A stretch of DNA of 61,841 nucleotides, counting the filler. It is 11 parts of 11 records of this genome, joined end to end, with 100 filler letters (N's around TTAATTAATTAA, not from the genome) between each part and the next. Parts side by side here need not be neighbours in the genome. Positions count along the whole stretch, not along the records: positions 8,488 to 15,505 come from SRR7504441_12742; positions 15,606 to 20,735 come from SRR7504441_12743; positions 20,836 to 26,800 come from SRR7504441_12745; 8 more parts are not named here. The stretch is one strand, 5' to 3'. Below the pieces are notes generated by a model. The model did no database searches, was not told the origin of the DNA, and was given only the letters and a program-made list of their open reading frames with translations. Position 1 is the first letter of the stretch; every line of letters begins with the position of its first letter. The position numbers and the translations under genes are program-made. Positions 12,017 through 22,067 of this stretch are shown here, one piece after another.

Positions 12017-13240
12017 ATGGCCTTTCCAGAGGAGCTACCGCCTGCAGTGCGGACGCAGAGCCCCCACCCGGGGATGGCGAACCCACCCCAGACTAAGCCC
12101 GAGTCTGGGCCGAGGCCGATGGCGCTGCATGCAGCCTTGAGCCGCGTGGTGTCTGAGCACGAGACATCAGCTGGGGGTTCGCAGATCCACCTGCGCGCGC
12201 TCCTAATCACACACGATTCCACCCTCCATCCCCAGCTAGGCGTGCGCCTGGATGCGGCGAGTTCTTGGAACTGCCAGCTCCCGCTGCTCCGTCTCCACGA
12301 GGTCGCCATAGAGCACCTCCTGCCTTCGTTCACAGCAGCGGAACTCAATCAGCTGGGGACGGTCTGCAAGACACTCGCGGGACACTGCCGCGATAGCCGG
12401 GTTTGGTGCCGGCTGCTCGGTCACAACTGGCCGCAGCTGTTCATGCCCGAGCGCGTCCAGATGGAATGCGAACGGGAGATGTACCGCAAACTGCGGCGCT
12501 GTGACCCACCCTTGGCGTCGCCAAGATGCCCACCCGAGTGTACCGTGCCCTCAGACGTGCTGCTACTGCTCGAGCTGCGGCTGCCGACCCGAAACATCCA
12601 CTTGACGAGCAACTTCCCCCAAACAAGCATTGTCAGGACTGTGGATGCAGAGGCACGAGCTAGTGACGATAACTATCTACGTCGGTGTTTCGTGTTTAGC
12701 CACCCTGATGTATCCTGTCTCACAGAGGCATTTCAGAGAGGGACAGAGGCCACACTATTTCTCGTGCGTAAATTCGATGGCAAAGTGGTAAATATGCCAC
12801 TGGATAATATTGAATACGGAACCGACGCATTCGATGGCAATGGATTTCAGTATGAGGGCGTCCTTTGGCCATCACCAGGTGAGCTCCAGCTGCAGCGCCT
12901 CAGTACGTTTCGTGATGGCCTAGCGTCCACAGAGCTGAACGTCCAGTTGCTACAGATCTGGAAAGATGAAAAGGACGGCAAGCTTGATGAGCAGGACGAG
13001 CGAAATAATATCGTAGCCGACAAGGTGGCCTTGTTCATACAGATATGGGAGTGGACAGAAATGTATCACGATGCTGGATTGGGAGCCTACTATCCAGACG
13101 TTGGCATTGGGGATGATGTGGGAGAATGGATCCATCGCGCTTTTGATCAACACGATGTGGTTTTGGATCCAGAGGATAATAAGTGCGATTTTGAGGTTCC
13201 TGATATTCCAGACACACTCAGTGGGTTGGCATGGAAGTGA
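12017..13240 (+). CDS. F-box protein (start could be 12017, 12074 or 12119)
   Basis: LHEVAIEHLLPSFTAAELNQLGTVCKTL...VWCRL is an F-box pattern. Intronless 407-aa ORF. Confidence 0.7.
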   Translation: MAFPEELPPAVRTQSPHPGMANPPQTKPESGPRPMALHAALSRVVSEHETSAGGSQIHLRALLITHDSTLHPQLGVRLDAASSWNCQLPLLRLHEVAIEHLLPSFTAAELNQLGTVCKTLAGHCRDSRVWCRLLGHNWPQLFMPERVQMECEREMYRKLRRCDPPLASPRCPPECTVPSDVLLLLELRLPTRNIHLTSNFPQTSIVRTVDAEARASDDNYLRRCFVFSHPDVSCLTEAFQRGTEATLFLVRKFDGKVVNMPLDNIEYGTDAFDGNGFQYEGVLWPSPGELQLQRLSTFRDGLASTELNVQLLQIWKDEKDGKLDEQDERNNIVADKVALFIQIWEWTEMYHDAGLGAYYPDVGIGDDVGEWIHRAFDQHDVVLDPEDNKCDFEVPDIPDTLSGLAWK

Positions 13241-13611
13241 TAAGACCTGTTCGCAATCGTTTACACCAGTGCACGCGTCACATGTACAGAATGAATCCGA
13301 CGGTCCGAGTACCATACATGACTCAAACTTACATGCCTACATGCCCGGGCGTACGCGGGTGATTGCTTTAACGTTACTTATTGCACTGACTTGTCAATCA
13401 AGCAAAAGGCGACTCCAATCAAAGCAACTCGTGATGATTTATTCTCAGTTCAAGCCTGTCATAAGTAATTCAAGTATAACTTAGCTTGGCGTACATGTAC
13501 AGTACAATTTATGTTTATATCGCCCGATAAAACAAGAATTAAAGTGTGCTAAGTATAATTTTAAGGTCTCAATCAATTTATTAACTAAAGCGTGCGATTT
13601 CAGTGTGCGAT

Positions 13612-15505
13612 TTAGTCTGAGTCCGAGTCGGTCACATCGCTGCCGATATCAGATCCCACTTCGTCCGTGCTGTATTGCAGCTGCCTTCCCTTTGTCTGTA
13701 CGTCTCTAGATCTACTCGTAGATTTGTGTTTTGCTGGCTCCATCCGGTCCCACGCCTTCCGCCAGTGCTCGACTTCCTTCTTCAGCCAGGCGTCGTCCTC
13801 TTCTAGTATCACATCCGAGCGCTGCTTCTCCCATGGCAACCGCACTGGCACTCCCAGGATCCAACCCGGGCTTGTGGCCTGTTGCTTCTCTATACTTGAG
13901 ATTTTCGGCGGCACACCCCGGACTCCACCTGGGCTTGCACCCTCCTGCTTCTCTAGATGTGACATCACCGGCGGCGGCTGTGAGCTGTCCTCCTGAGTGC
14001 TCTGAGAGCCGCCACGCCGCTGAGTCGGCCGAGTCCTGTCCCACGTCTGGCGCCACATCTCAACTTCCCGTCGGACCCAGGCCGGGCTCCTCTCACCACC
14101 AGCGGGCTCCTCCCCAACTTGACTCAAATCAGCGTGCTCACCAGCGACGGTTATGTCTTTGAGCATGCCCAGCGTGCCCCGCATCGCTCTGAGCTGTTCC
14201 TCCAGCCCGTCGCTGCTCTCAAGTTCGACTACAGACATTGGCGGCGGAGAGTTTGGCTGAGACACACTACTGACGGCCTCAGGCGAACTTGCGGTTGCTG
14301 GACTGGTCTGCTTCTGGCTCCTGGTGAGCAGAATATCGTTCTTGACCTTTGACAGCCGCTCTGCACTCTGCAGGACATGGAGAGGATCGTTGAGCGCCGC
14401 CTGGGGCTCGCTCGCGTCTAGCATGAGTCGCCAGCCCAAGTACTCCATCCGGTCGCTCTCGGCCACCTGCTGGAGCTGCTCATCGAGCTGCTCGATAGCT
14501 CTCTCCTCACCCACCACCTTAGCACTCTCGAATGCTCGAATGATCTTGTCCAGTCGCTTCACCCTAAGGTCTTCCCCCGCCTTATGCTGACCAGCGCCCA
14601 ACGGCTTGACGCTACCATCGCTCGGCTGCTCGCCCAAGCTCCCGCCAGCCTCAGCGCAGGTCACCTCACTGCTCAACTGGCCGCTGCTCCATTTGTGCCA
14701 CACCGCGCCATCGTTCTCCCTTTGCTCCGGACTGCTCTTCGACCCGGTGCCGCTCCACTGGCTCCGCCCGAGCTGCGACTCCACCTCCACCAGCCTCTGC
14801 CGCAGCCGTTGCTCCCGCTCGATCTGCCCCTGGACCTCGCCAAGCCGCCGCTCCAGCTGATGCTCTCGCTCGCACTCAACCCCTTGCCCCATCGGGCTGC
14901 TCTGGCCAATCGGCCGGCTGGCTGCCATCGCAATCATCTCTCTGACTGGGCGTGTATCCCTGCCCTGCTGCTTGAGCCTTGCCTCGAGCCTCCCTGCTGC
15001 AAGCTTTAGCTCATCCTCCTCCCGATTCGCCGACCGGAGCAGCCTGGTGAGCGAAACTCCCGCAGCCATCACCTCCGTGGGCGGCTCAGGCAGACTCGCC
15101 AGTTGAGAGGGCTCGCAGCGGCTCTTGTCCACTCGAAACTCCGACTGGTGTGTCAACGAATCCGCAAGCTGCCTCTCCTGCTGCTTCTCTACCTCCTTCT
15201 GCGCGAGCTGACTCCTCAGTCGGGCCAGTTCTGCCTCCGCAGCCTGCCTCGCCGCCGATTCATCCCGAAGCTGAGTCTCGGCCTCATTCACACGTGCGAC
15301 ACTAGCCTCGGCTGCCTCGGCTACAATTTTGACCTTGGCGGACCTTCTGCGGTCGTGTGGGCTCCGGTGCTCACGCCTGCGGTAGATAGCAAGCGCCCTC
15401 TGCCTGGAAGCTTCCTTCGCCTCCGCCTCCGAAGCCGCCAGCTTAGCTGCCACCTCTTCAGCAGCCACCCTAGCTGCTTCATCCTCGGCTGCCTTCCTAG
15501 CTGCC
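13612..15505 (-). CDS. Coiled-coil / low-complexity hypothetical protein, 5' partial
   Basis: Open frame of more than 618 aa running to the linker, with E/Q/R/A-rich heptads. Confidence 0.7.
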
Positions 15506-15643
15506 NNNNNNNNNNNNNNNNNNNNNNNNNNNNNNNNNNNNNNNNNNNNTTAATTAATTAANNNNNNNNNNNNNNNNNNNNNNNNNNNNNNNNNNNNNNN
15601 NNNNNCAGCAATTTTCTCGTCTGGAGGCTCAGCAAAAAAATCG

Positions 15644-17248
15644 ATGGCGGCAGCGGCCCGGATCGAGTTCGGTCCAGGGCCACGGCCGGCCAAGCGGCCC
15701 CGACGCGGCCAGGCCGGCCGGTTGAGCTGCCCGCTGCTGCACTGGCTCGACCAGCACGGCGCCACCGGCCTGGAGCAGATTCGGATCGGCTCGAGCGGCG
15801 CAGCGGGCCTCGGCTTGTGGGCCAGCTCGGCCATCGAGCCCGGCCAGCCAGTGGTGGCCATCCCGGCCGAGTGCGTGCTCAGCCCGGCCAAGGCGGCTGG
15901 CAGCCAGCTGGCGCGGCGGCTGCGGGAGGCGCATGGGGGCGAGTGCCCGGAGGAGCTGGCAATGCTCGCTTGGATGGCCGAGGGACGCACCGACAAGGAC
16001 CACCCATTCCACCCGTACCTCGCGTCGCTGCCCGCTGGCCCATCTGGCGCCGGGTTCTGGCCGGCCGCCGACCTGGCCGGGTCCCGGCTGGCCCCGGCGG
16101 CACGCGCAGTGAAAGCGCAGTACCGCGCCCTGTACGAAAGATACTTGCTACCGGTGAACGGCGCTCCGTCGGTCGAGTTGTTTGAGTGGGCCGCGGACCA
16201 GTACCACGCCCGTCGGTTCCCGTGCGAGCTGGCGGGGGACGGGAGCAAGTCAGGCGGGATCATGCTGCCATTGCTCGATCTGATGAACCACCAGCCTGGG
16301 GCCCGAGCCACCTGGCGGTGCGCAGATGGCAGGGTGTCCATCGAGTTGGGCCAGCAAGCCAGGCCGGGCGACGAGCTATGGAACAACTACGGTCCTTTGC
16401 CCAACCACACGCTGCTGCTCCGTCAGGGGTTTGCGCTAAATCATAATTGCTACGACTGGTACCCACTGCGAGTGAGAACTGGCGGCAAGTTTCGCGGTGT
16501 GGCGTATATTAGGAAGCCGGACGCGCGGTGGGAGCAATTCCCGCCGGAGCTGTGGCGCTGGCTGGGTGGTGAGCAGCGCGGCGATTGGGTGCAGGTCGAG
16601 GAGGACCAGCTCCGCTCACTGTTGGACCAGGTTCAGGCCGAGCTGGCTGAACTAGACCCTGCGGCTGAGGCCGCTGCGTCCGTCTTGCCGACCACCGACG
16701 ATTCGACCGCTGTAGCGCTCACGTCTGATCTCCAGGAGGCCATTGCCGGGACAGGGTATGAAGAATATTTGTCCGAATTTGGGGATATCAAACAGACCAG
16801 CAGGAGCTGCGATTTCGGCGAGTTTTCAGCACCTCCGAGGCACCTGCCAGCGGCTGCGAAGCATGGGCACGCGCTCTCGTCCAGAATACGGTACTACCAG
16901 CTCAGACAGCTGTGCGAACAGCAGCTGGGCATCGCTGCTCCTACGCTGTGCGCCTGTTACAACAAGAGCAGGCCGAAGAGTTCGCGCTTCCAAGTCACCG
17001 TGTCGTGCTCGGCTTGCACTGTGCGGAAGACTGGGCGTGCGCTCGGCCAGACCGAGCGTATAGTGTTGAAGTCAGTCCAGAAGAAGTTAAGATCAAAGGC
17101 GCAGGGCAGCAGGTGCGAAGGCCCATACGAAAACGCGGGAAACGAGAGGGCGCGCTGGGTGGGGGTGTATCATGCGGGGCTCGTGCAAGTACTGGAGGAT
17201 GCGATTGATAGCCTGCGCGCATTTCTTGCTAAGCTCGAGTCAGACTAA
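15644..17248 (+). CDS. SET-domain protein lysine methyltransferase (Rubisco LSMT/SETD3/Rkm type)
   Basis: GLGLWASSAIEPG, FHPYLASLP, MLPLLDLMNH and GDELWNNYGPLPNHTLLLRQGF. Confidence 0.9.
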   Translation: MAAAARIEFGPGPRPAKRPRRGQAGRLSCPLLHWLDQHGATGLEQIRIGSSGAAGLGLWASSAIEPGQPVVAIPAECVLSPAKAAGSQLARRLREAHGGECPEELAMLAWMAEGRTDKDHPFHPYLASLPAGPSGAGFWPAADLAGSRLAPAARAVKAQYRALYERYLLPVNGAPSVELFEWAADQYHARRFPCELAGDGSKSGGIMLPLLDLMNHQPGARATWRCADGRVSIELGQQARPGDELWNNYGPLPNHTLLLRQGFALNHNCYDWYPLRVRTGGKFRGVAYIRKPDARWEQFPPELWRWLGGEQRGDWVQVEEDQLRSLLDQVQAELAELDPAAEAAASVLPTTDDSTAVALTSDLQEAIAGTGYEEYLSEFGDIKQTSRSCDFGEFSAPPRHLPAAAKHGHALSSRIRYYQLRQLCEQQLGIAAPTLCACYNKSRPKSSRFQVTVSCSACTVRKTGRALGQTERIVLKSVQKKLRSKAQGSRCEGPYENAGNERARWVGVYHAGLVQVLEDAIDSLRAFLAKLESD

Positions 17249-17456
17249 GTCAGACAAGGTACATTACATATAAGCTTATATGACTACATAAGTACATACT
17301 CGTAGGACAACCGTGACAACGGATCACCCGCGCACCCTACGTACAACCAGCGGCGTAATTGTATAGATCCAGCGGCGGGCCCGCGTACAGGCGCTCTGTC
17401 ACTAAGAGGCTAAGTCTTCGCATTGCAATGCTATGGTCACGATATGACCACCAGCT

Positions 17457-18672
17457 CTAGCAGCCACGGTAGTCCTGCTTGGCTGCACTAGTGCTTGTCT
17501 TGGTGAATGGCACAAAGATCTGCGGATCGAGTTGGCTCATCTCCTTGAATGCCACTAGTCTAGCCACAGCGTCGCGGTGTGCCCATCCTTGAGGAACGCA
17601 CATTCCATCGCTCCGAGGCTTTGCAAAGAATGTCTTGCCATTCTGCAGATCGCCAGTACGCCACGCAAGCACGCCAGAGCTGTTGCCCACAAAAACCTGG
17701 TGTCTTGCACTACCGTAAGCCCAGGAATAAAAGCTACCACGCCCATATCTGTAGCAGTAGCCGTCGTCCCGAACCTGCCACTCGGCTTTATCCGGGTTCC
17801 GCGTGTCGTTGAAGTCGTTAAACGTGGTGACATTCTCAATCGCCGATCCATGAATGTGCCCGAGCTTTGTCCAACGGGTCTTCATGTTCGGTCCGTCCCA
17901 CCACACAAGATGCCGCACGGCGCCGTTCTCAGTTGTCTCCACAAACTCGGCTGTAAACGTGCCAGGTGCCTCACATTCAACGCTGGCTGCATGCGAGGAG
18001 GGAGCCGACAGCTTCTCAGTTACCTCTGTGCTGAGAGGCTGCAGAGCTGCGTCGCCGGCCTGAGGCACAAGTTTGATATCGGCGCAGTTGTAGAAGATTC
18101 CGAGCGTGTTGTTCTCGGGGTCAACCTCCGTTGGGGCGTGAGAGACGTATCTACCCCCACAGGGCTATCACAGGCACGGGCACAGCTACAGCACCTAATC
18201 CGGATGACACTGTGCGGCGACGGCTCGGCGGGCATCCGCACCCGGACAGAGAAATTGTTCTGCTGCACCATCTCCACGCCCCAAAAGTCCGGGACTTTAG
18301 CCAGCACGGCGAACGACTCGTCCGCAGGGTCGGCACCGGCCGCGTAGGCCACATCCATGAACCCCGGGTTGGGATTGTACCAGTGGTTGAGGTTCTGCTG
18401 GAAGCTGATCGTGGCCATCTGCCCGGCCGTGTAGGACACTGTGGGTGAACGAGGCGCCACGCCGTCGCAGTACGGGGTCCGCCGATAGCACGCGTCAGAT
18501 CCTGCGTGAGCGATCGAGAACGGTGCTGGCCCTGCCCCGGGGCATAGGCACAAACACGCCGGCTGCGCGGCGTACCTGAGGACTTGGAGGATCCGGCTCG
18601 CTGCGGTGGCGAGATCAGGCAGAAATGAGCGTGGGTGGACGCCACCACGGCGACCAGCCCGGCCAGTCGCAT
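17457..18672 (-). CDS. Secreted His-brace LPMO-like copper protein fused to an ependymin-like domain (365 aa, 2 introns)
   Basis: Exons 18672-18576, 18501-18195 and 18150-17457 (GT-AG introns of 74 and 44 nt; 1098 nt in frame). Signal peptide MRLAGLVAVVASTHA is followed by H1-FCLISPPQR. Also QQNLNH and IFYNCADI. Confidence 0.75.
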
Positions 18673-18881
18673 TGCTCGGGAGATGCACCTAACGTCAACT
18701 CTTTTTTTAGTAACCGGCTGAATGGGTCGAGCGGGTCTCTCATACGTACAGACGCGCAAGCTGAATCGTCGAGATGCTATTAGAGAGCGCTGGATGTTCG
18801 TAGGACATTCGATAGTATCACTGAGATTTTTGCACACCAATCGGATACCTCTCACATACAGGTTTCTAACAATTACATGAA

Positions 18882-20337
18882 TCAACCATGCTCGCCTTGG
18901 GCGATTACACCGTTCTTTTTCTCAACAAGCCAATCCCCGACACTGCTCGCCGACGAGGGCTCGCCCTGTGGAGCCTTTTTGTTCATTGCCGATATCAGCA
19001 TTTGCTTGAATTCGCCGACCCCTTCCGTCTGCTTGGGCGGACTATCACCGTTCAGCATCGCGGTGAGCCTGTCCACGCGCTGCTGGGCCGCCTGTCGGGT
19101 CTCATTAAACTCGAGTAGGGCCTGTCGCAGGTCGGTCTTGGATCCGTTAGGTTTCTGGGTCCGATCCTCCTTGAAAGTCCTAATCTGGGCCTAAACCATC
19201 CTCAGCTCAGCAGCCATGGCCAGCGCTATGCGGCCACGGACTAGCAGTGACCCTCAGACTGTTGTGTAAAAAAGTGAACAGTTACCGCTACCAGTTACAT
19301 AAGACGCGTCACACACAGTGACGCGGACTGGAGAGAGAGTGCCACCTCCACATCTTCAAGCGTCTCCATCTGTCGCCGCATTTCTTTTAACTCCGCCTGC
19401 CCATCCAGATTGCAGTGCACAGTGGGTGCGCTCACCCTCAGGCACGCCGATTCATCCTCAGCCGCCTGGGCCCGAGCCGACTCCGCCGCCAGCTCGTGGC
19501 TGCTCTCCGCGGCCTGGGCTTGAGCCGCCTTCTCGCCCATGGCCTTGAGAATGATAGCCTTTGCCGCCATTGCGGCGGCTTCCGCAGTGTCCTCCTCCCC
19601 AGCGGCCCCTGCACCCTCAGCGCTAGACTGCTCAGCTTGCGTCCCGTCGGCGGGCTGGTCCGGCTGGGCTGCGGCTTTACTCCGGTACAGCTGCTGCAGC
19701 TCGCCGATCTCATCGTCCAAGGCCGCCACCTCGGCCTCGATCGCCTCGCGCCGCTCCGGCGATTCCTCCTGCATCAGTTGCTGGGCCAGCTCCGACAGCT
19801 GCTGATTCTTGGCCTGGATCTGGGCCTGTAGGGACTCGACGCTCTTCCCGCGGGCGCGCTGCGCCACAGGCGTCAGAGAGAACTGCTTCCTGTAGAGCTT
19901 CTGTAACTTGGGTACCTATCACCGGCACTCAGCTGCTTTGCCACCCGACCCACCACCTCATTCTCCAGCGTGGCGATCTTCCGCTCGAGCCCCCGCCGCC
20001 TGTGGCCGGGTGAGCGGTGCTGAGCGCCTGGTCCACCTGGTCGGGTTGCGTTCGCCCATCAGCTTCTGAGCGAGGTCGCACAGCTCCTTGTTCTTGTCCT
20101 CGATCTGCCTCTGCATTGACGCCAAGGCATCGCTCGATGGCATCGTCCCCGCGGCCCGGGCAAGGTCGCTGACTATCCGAGAGTGGCCATGCCCCGCCCC
20201 GCTCGGTGTGGCAGAGGACCGAGTGTGGCCCAGCGCTGCATGATTGAGTCCAAATCCAACGGCAGCCGCAGCCCATCAAAGTCATCCGCGCAATGTGGTG
20301 TTCCGCGGGCCTTGGTGGCGCACTCGCACGATGACAT
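18882..20337 (-). CDS. Multi-intron coiled-coil protein with a duplicated ~53-aa helical module
   Basis: ORF pieces 19958..20143, 19295..19867 and 18882..19076 join via GT-AG introns (e.g. 20173-20219, 19191-19345). Start is uncertain (20337 or 20143). Confidence 0.6.
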
Positions 20338-20696
20338 TTTAGTATAGCTGGTATAACCATGGTGGTCCTGATCCTAATCCTGAGTGCGTGGCTGATTGCG
20401 TCCTCCCACACCCCGGGGCACACACTGGCAGCTGTGGCGATGGTGTCTTGCAAGGTTGCTGAGGAGGGTGGGGAGACCCATGGAGACCGCCCTGTCGATG
20501 GCAGGCCCGGCAGGTGGTGTACCGCCCGAGGGAGGTGGGGGACCTCATTCTATTCGGTTGAATGTTGAACCAGGAGCAAAGCTTGCGACTATTGAAGTCG
20601 TCAACCAGGCAAACCTTGCAGCGCAACGTCAAGTTTTTTTTTCTTTTTTCAAGAGTCGGCGAACGCAAGGACGTCGGTGGGATAACTGGGATTGAT

Positions 20697-20735
20697 ATGG
20701 TGCGCGCTTTGCTCCTGGCGCTCCTGGCGTGGTGC
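20697..20735 (+). CDS. Start of a probable secreted protein, truncated by the contig end
   Basis: MVRALLLALLAWC runs into the linker. Confidence 0.35.
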
Positions 20736-21153
20736 NNNNNNNNNNNNNNNNNNNNNNNNNNNNNNNNNNNNNNNNNNNNTTAATTAATTAANNNNNNNNN
20801 NNNNNNNNNNNNNNNNNNNNNNNNNNNNNNNNNNNCACATAGTCTATATGGATCCCAATATCCCTGGGCGATATCCCTAGGCCCTAGAAAATTATCGTTC
20901 CAAAAAGCGCTGTTATTAGGTAGCTACGTATTAGGGTGCAGACTTCGTACGGCTATACAACTGTAGGTTGATCATTTACGGAAGGTGACGCATATTTCCT
21001 GATCGAGTCTACGATCGAGAGTGGCCATCTCACGCCACACGGAGCAAAGCTTCAGGGCAAGTTCTGGCGGGCTCACCCGGAACAACGCCCGCGCCCGTGG
21101 GCGATGGGTCGGATGCGGGGATCGCACCGGCCTCGAGCGCCGTGCAGTCCGTG

Positions 21154-21933
21154 ATGGACGCCCTGTCCAGCCTGGCGGCGCTCGCCAGCAGTGCCCCCCC
21201 GGGCAACCCCCCTGGGGCGCTGTACCCCACCAGCGTGCCGCTCATGAACGGCCAATTCATGCAAATGGTCCCGCCGCCGGTGGTGTATCCTCAGGTGCCA
21301 ATCGTGCACGGCGAGGCCGGCCGGCTGCCGTGCCAGCCGGTTTATCCAGCTAGCCAGCCGATTTATACAGCTAGCCAGCCGATTTATGCCATGCCGAGCC
21401 AGGCCACCGGGCCGCCCAGCTACCAGAGCCGGAAGCGCAAGCTCCCTGGTGAGGAGGCGCTACGTCGTGCCAACCCGGGGCTGCGGATGATCAGTACCTG
21501 CCCGACTTCCTGCCCGACCACCGCCAAAACGGTCCAAGTGTTCGTATGCGGCTACTGCGGTGAGAAGAAGACCTCCACTTCGCACTCGAGCGATGGGCGG
21601 GTTCGGATTCGGTGCCGCTGCGGAGGGCAGCACCAGGATGGTAAGTCGCGGATGCACGCCACCTGGACTCGTATGGAGGTCGACAGCGCAGAGCAGCTCA
21701 CAGCGCCGACTGGGGAGCTGGCAGTGACGCTGACTGGGCCTGAAGCGTTCTGTCCGGAGGGCCCGGGCAAAACCGAGTCATATGAGCCGCGTCCGGGCCG
21801 GCCCAAGGGAGGCAAGAAGTCGCGACTAGTGTTTGTCGATGAGACAGATTACCATAATGCCAAGAACAGTGGGTGGACCCCACTGGTTCCCGAGGAAGCC
21901 CGCAACATATACACCTGGCGTTCGTATTCGTGA
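21154..21933 (+). CDS. Putative transcription regulator: P/Q-rich region, NLS and Cys/His Zn-binding motif
   Basis: First in-frame ATG at 21154. RKRK NLS. CGYCG..RIRCRCGGQHQDG..RMHATW. Confidence 0.65.
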   Translation: MDALSSLAALASSAPPGNPPGALYPTSVPLMNGQFMQMVPPPVVYPQVPIVHGEAGRLPCQPVYPASQPIYTASQPIYAMPSQATGPPSYQSRKRKLPGEEALRRANPGLRMISTCPTSCPTTAKTVQVFVCGYCGEKKTSTSHSSDGRVRIRCRCGGQHQDGKSRMHATWTRMEVDSAEQLTAPTGELAVTLTGPEAFCPEGPGKTESYEPRPGRPKGGKKSRLVFVDETDYHNAKNSGWTPLVPEEARNIYTWRSYS

Positions 21934-22067
21934 GTTTGTCACGTCTTCTCAGATCTGTATTCGTGAGTTTGTCACGACTACAATCATATAAAGTTTGGCA
22001 GATGAGTATGCTCGTACACACTAATGATTGAAATCCATCAACTCATAATATCATCTTATTACAACCG

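Noticed and set aside
20339-20668. Minus ORF with LRCKVC resembling a small zinc finger
   Set aside because: Non-ATG start and no matching second ligand pair; probably promoter or UTR sequence.
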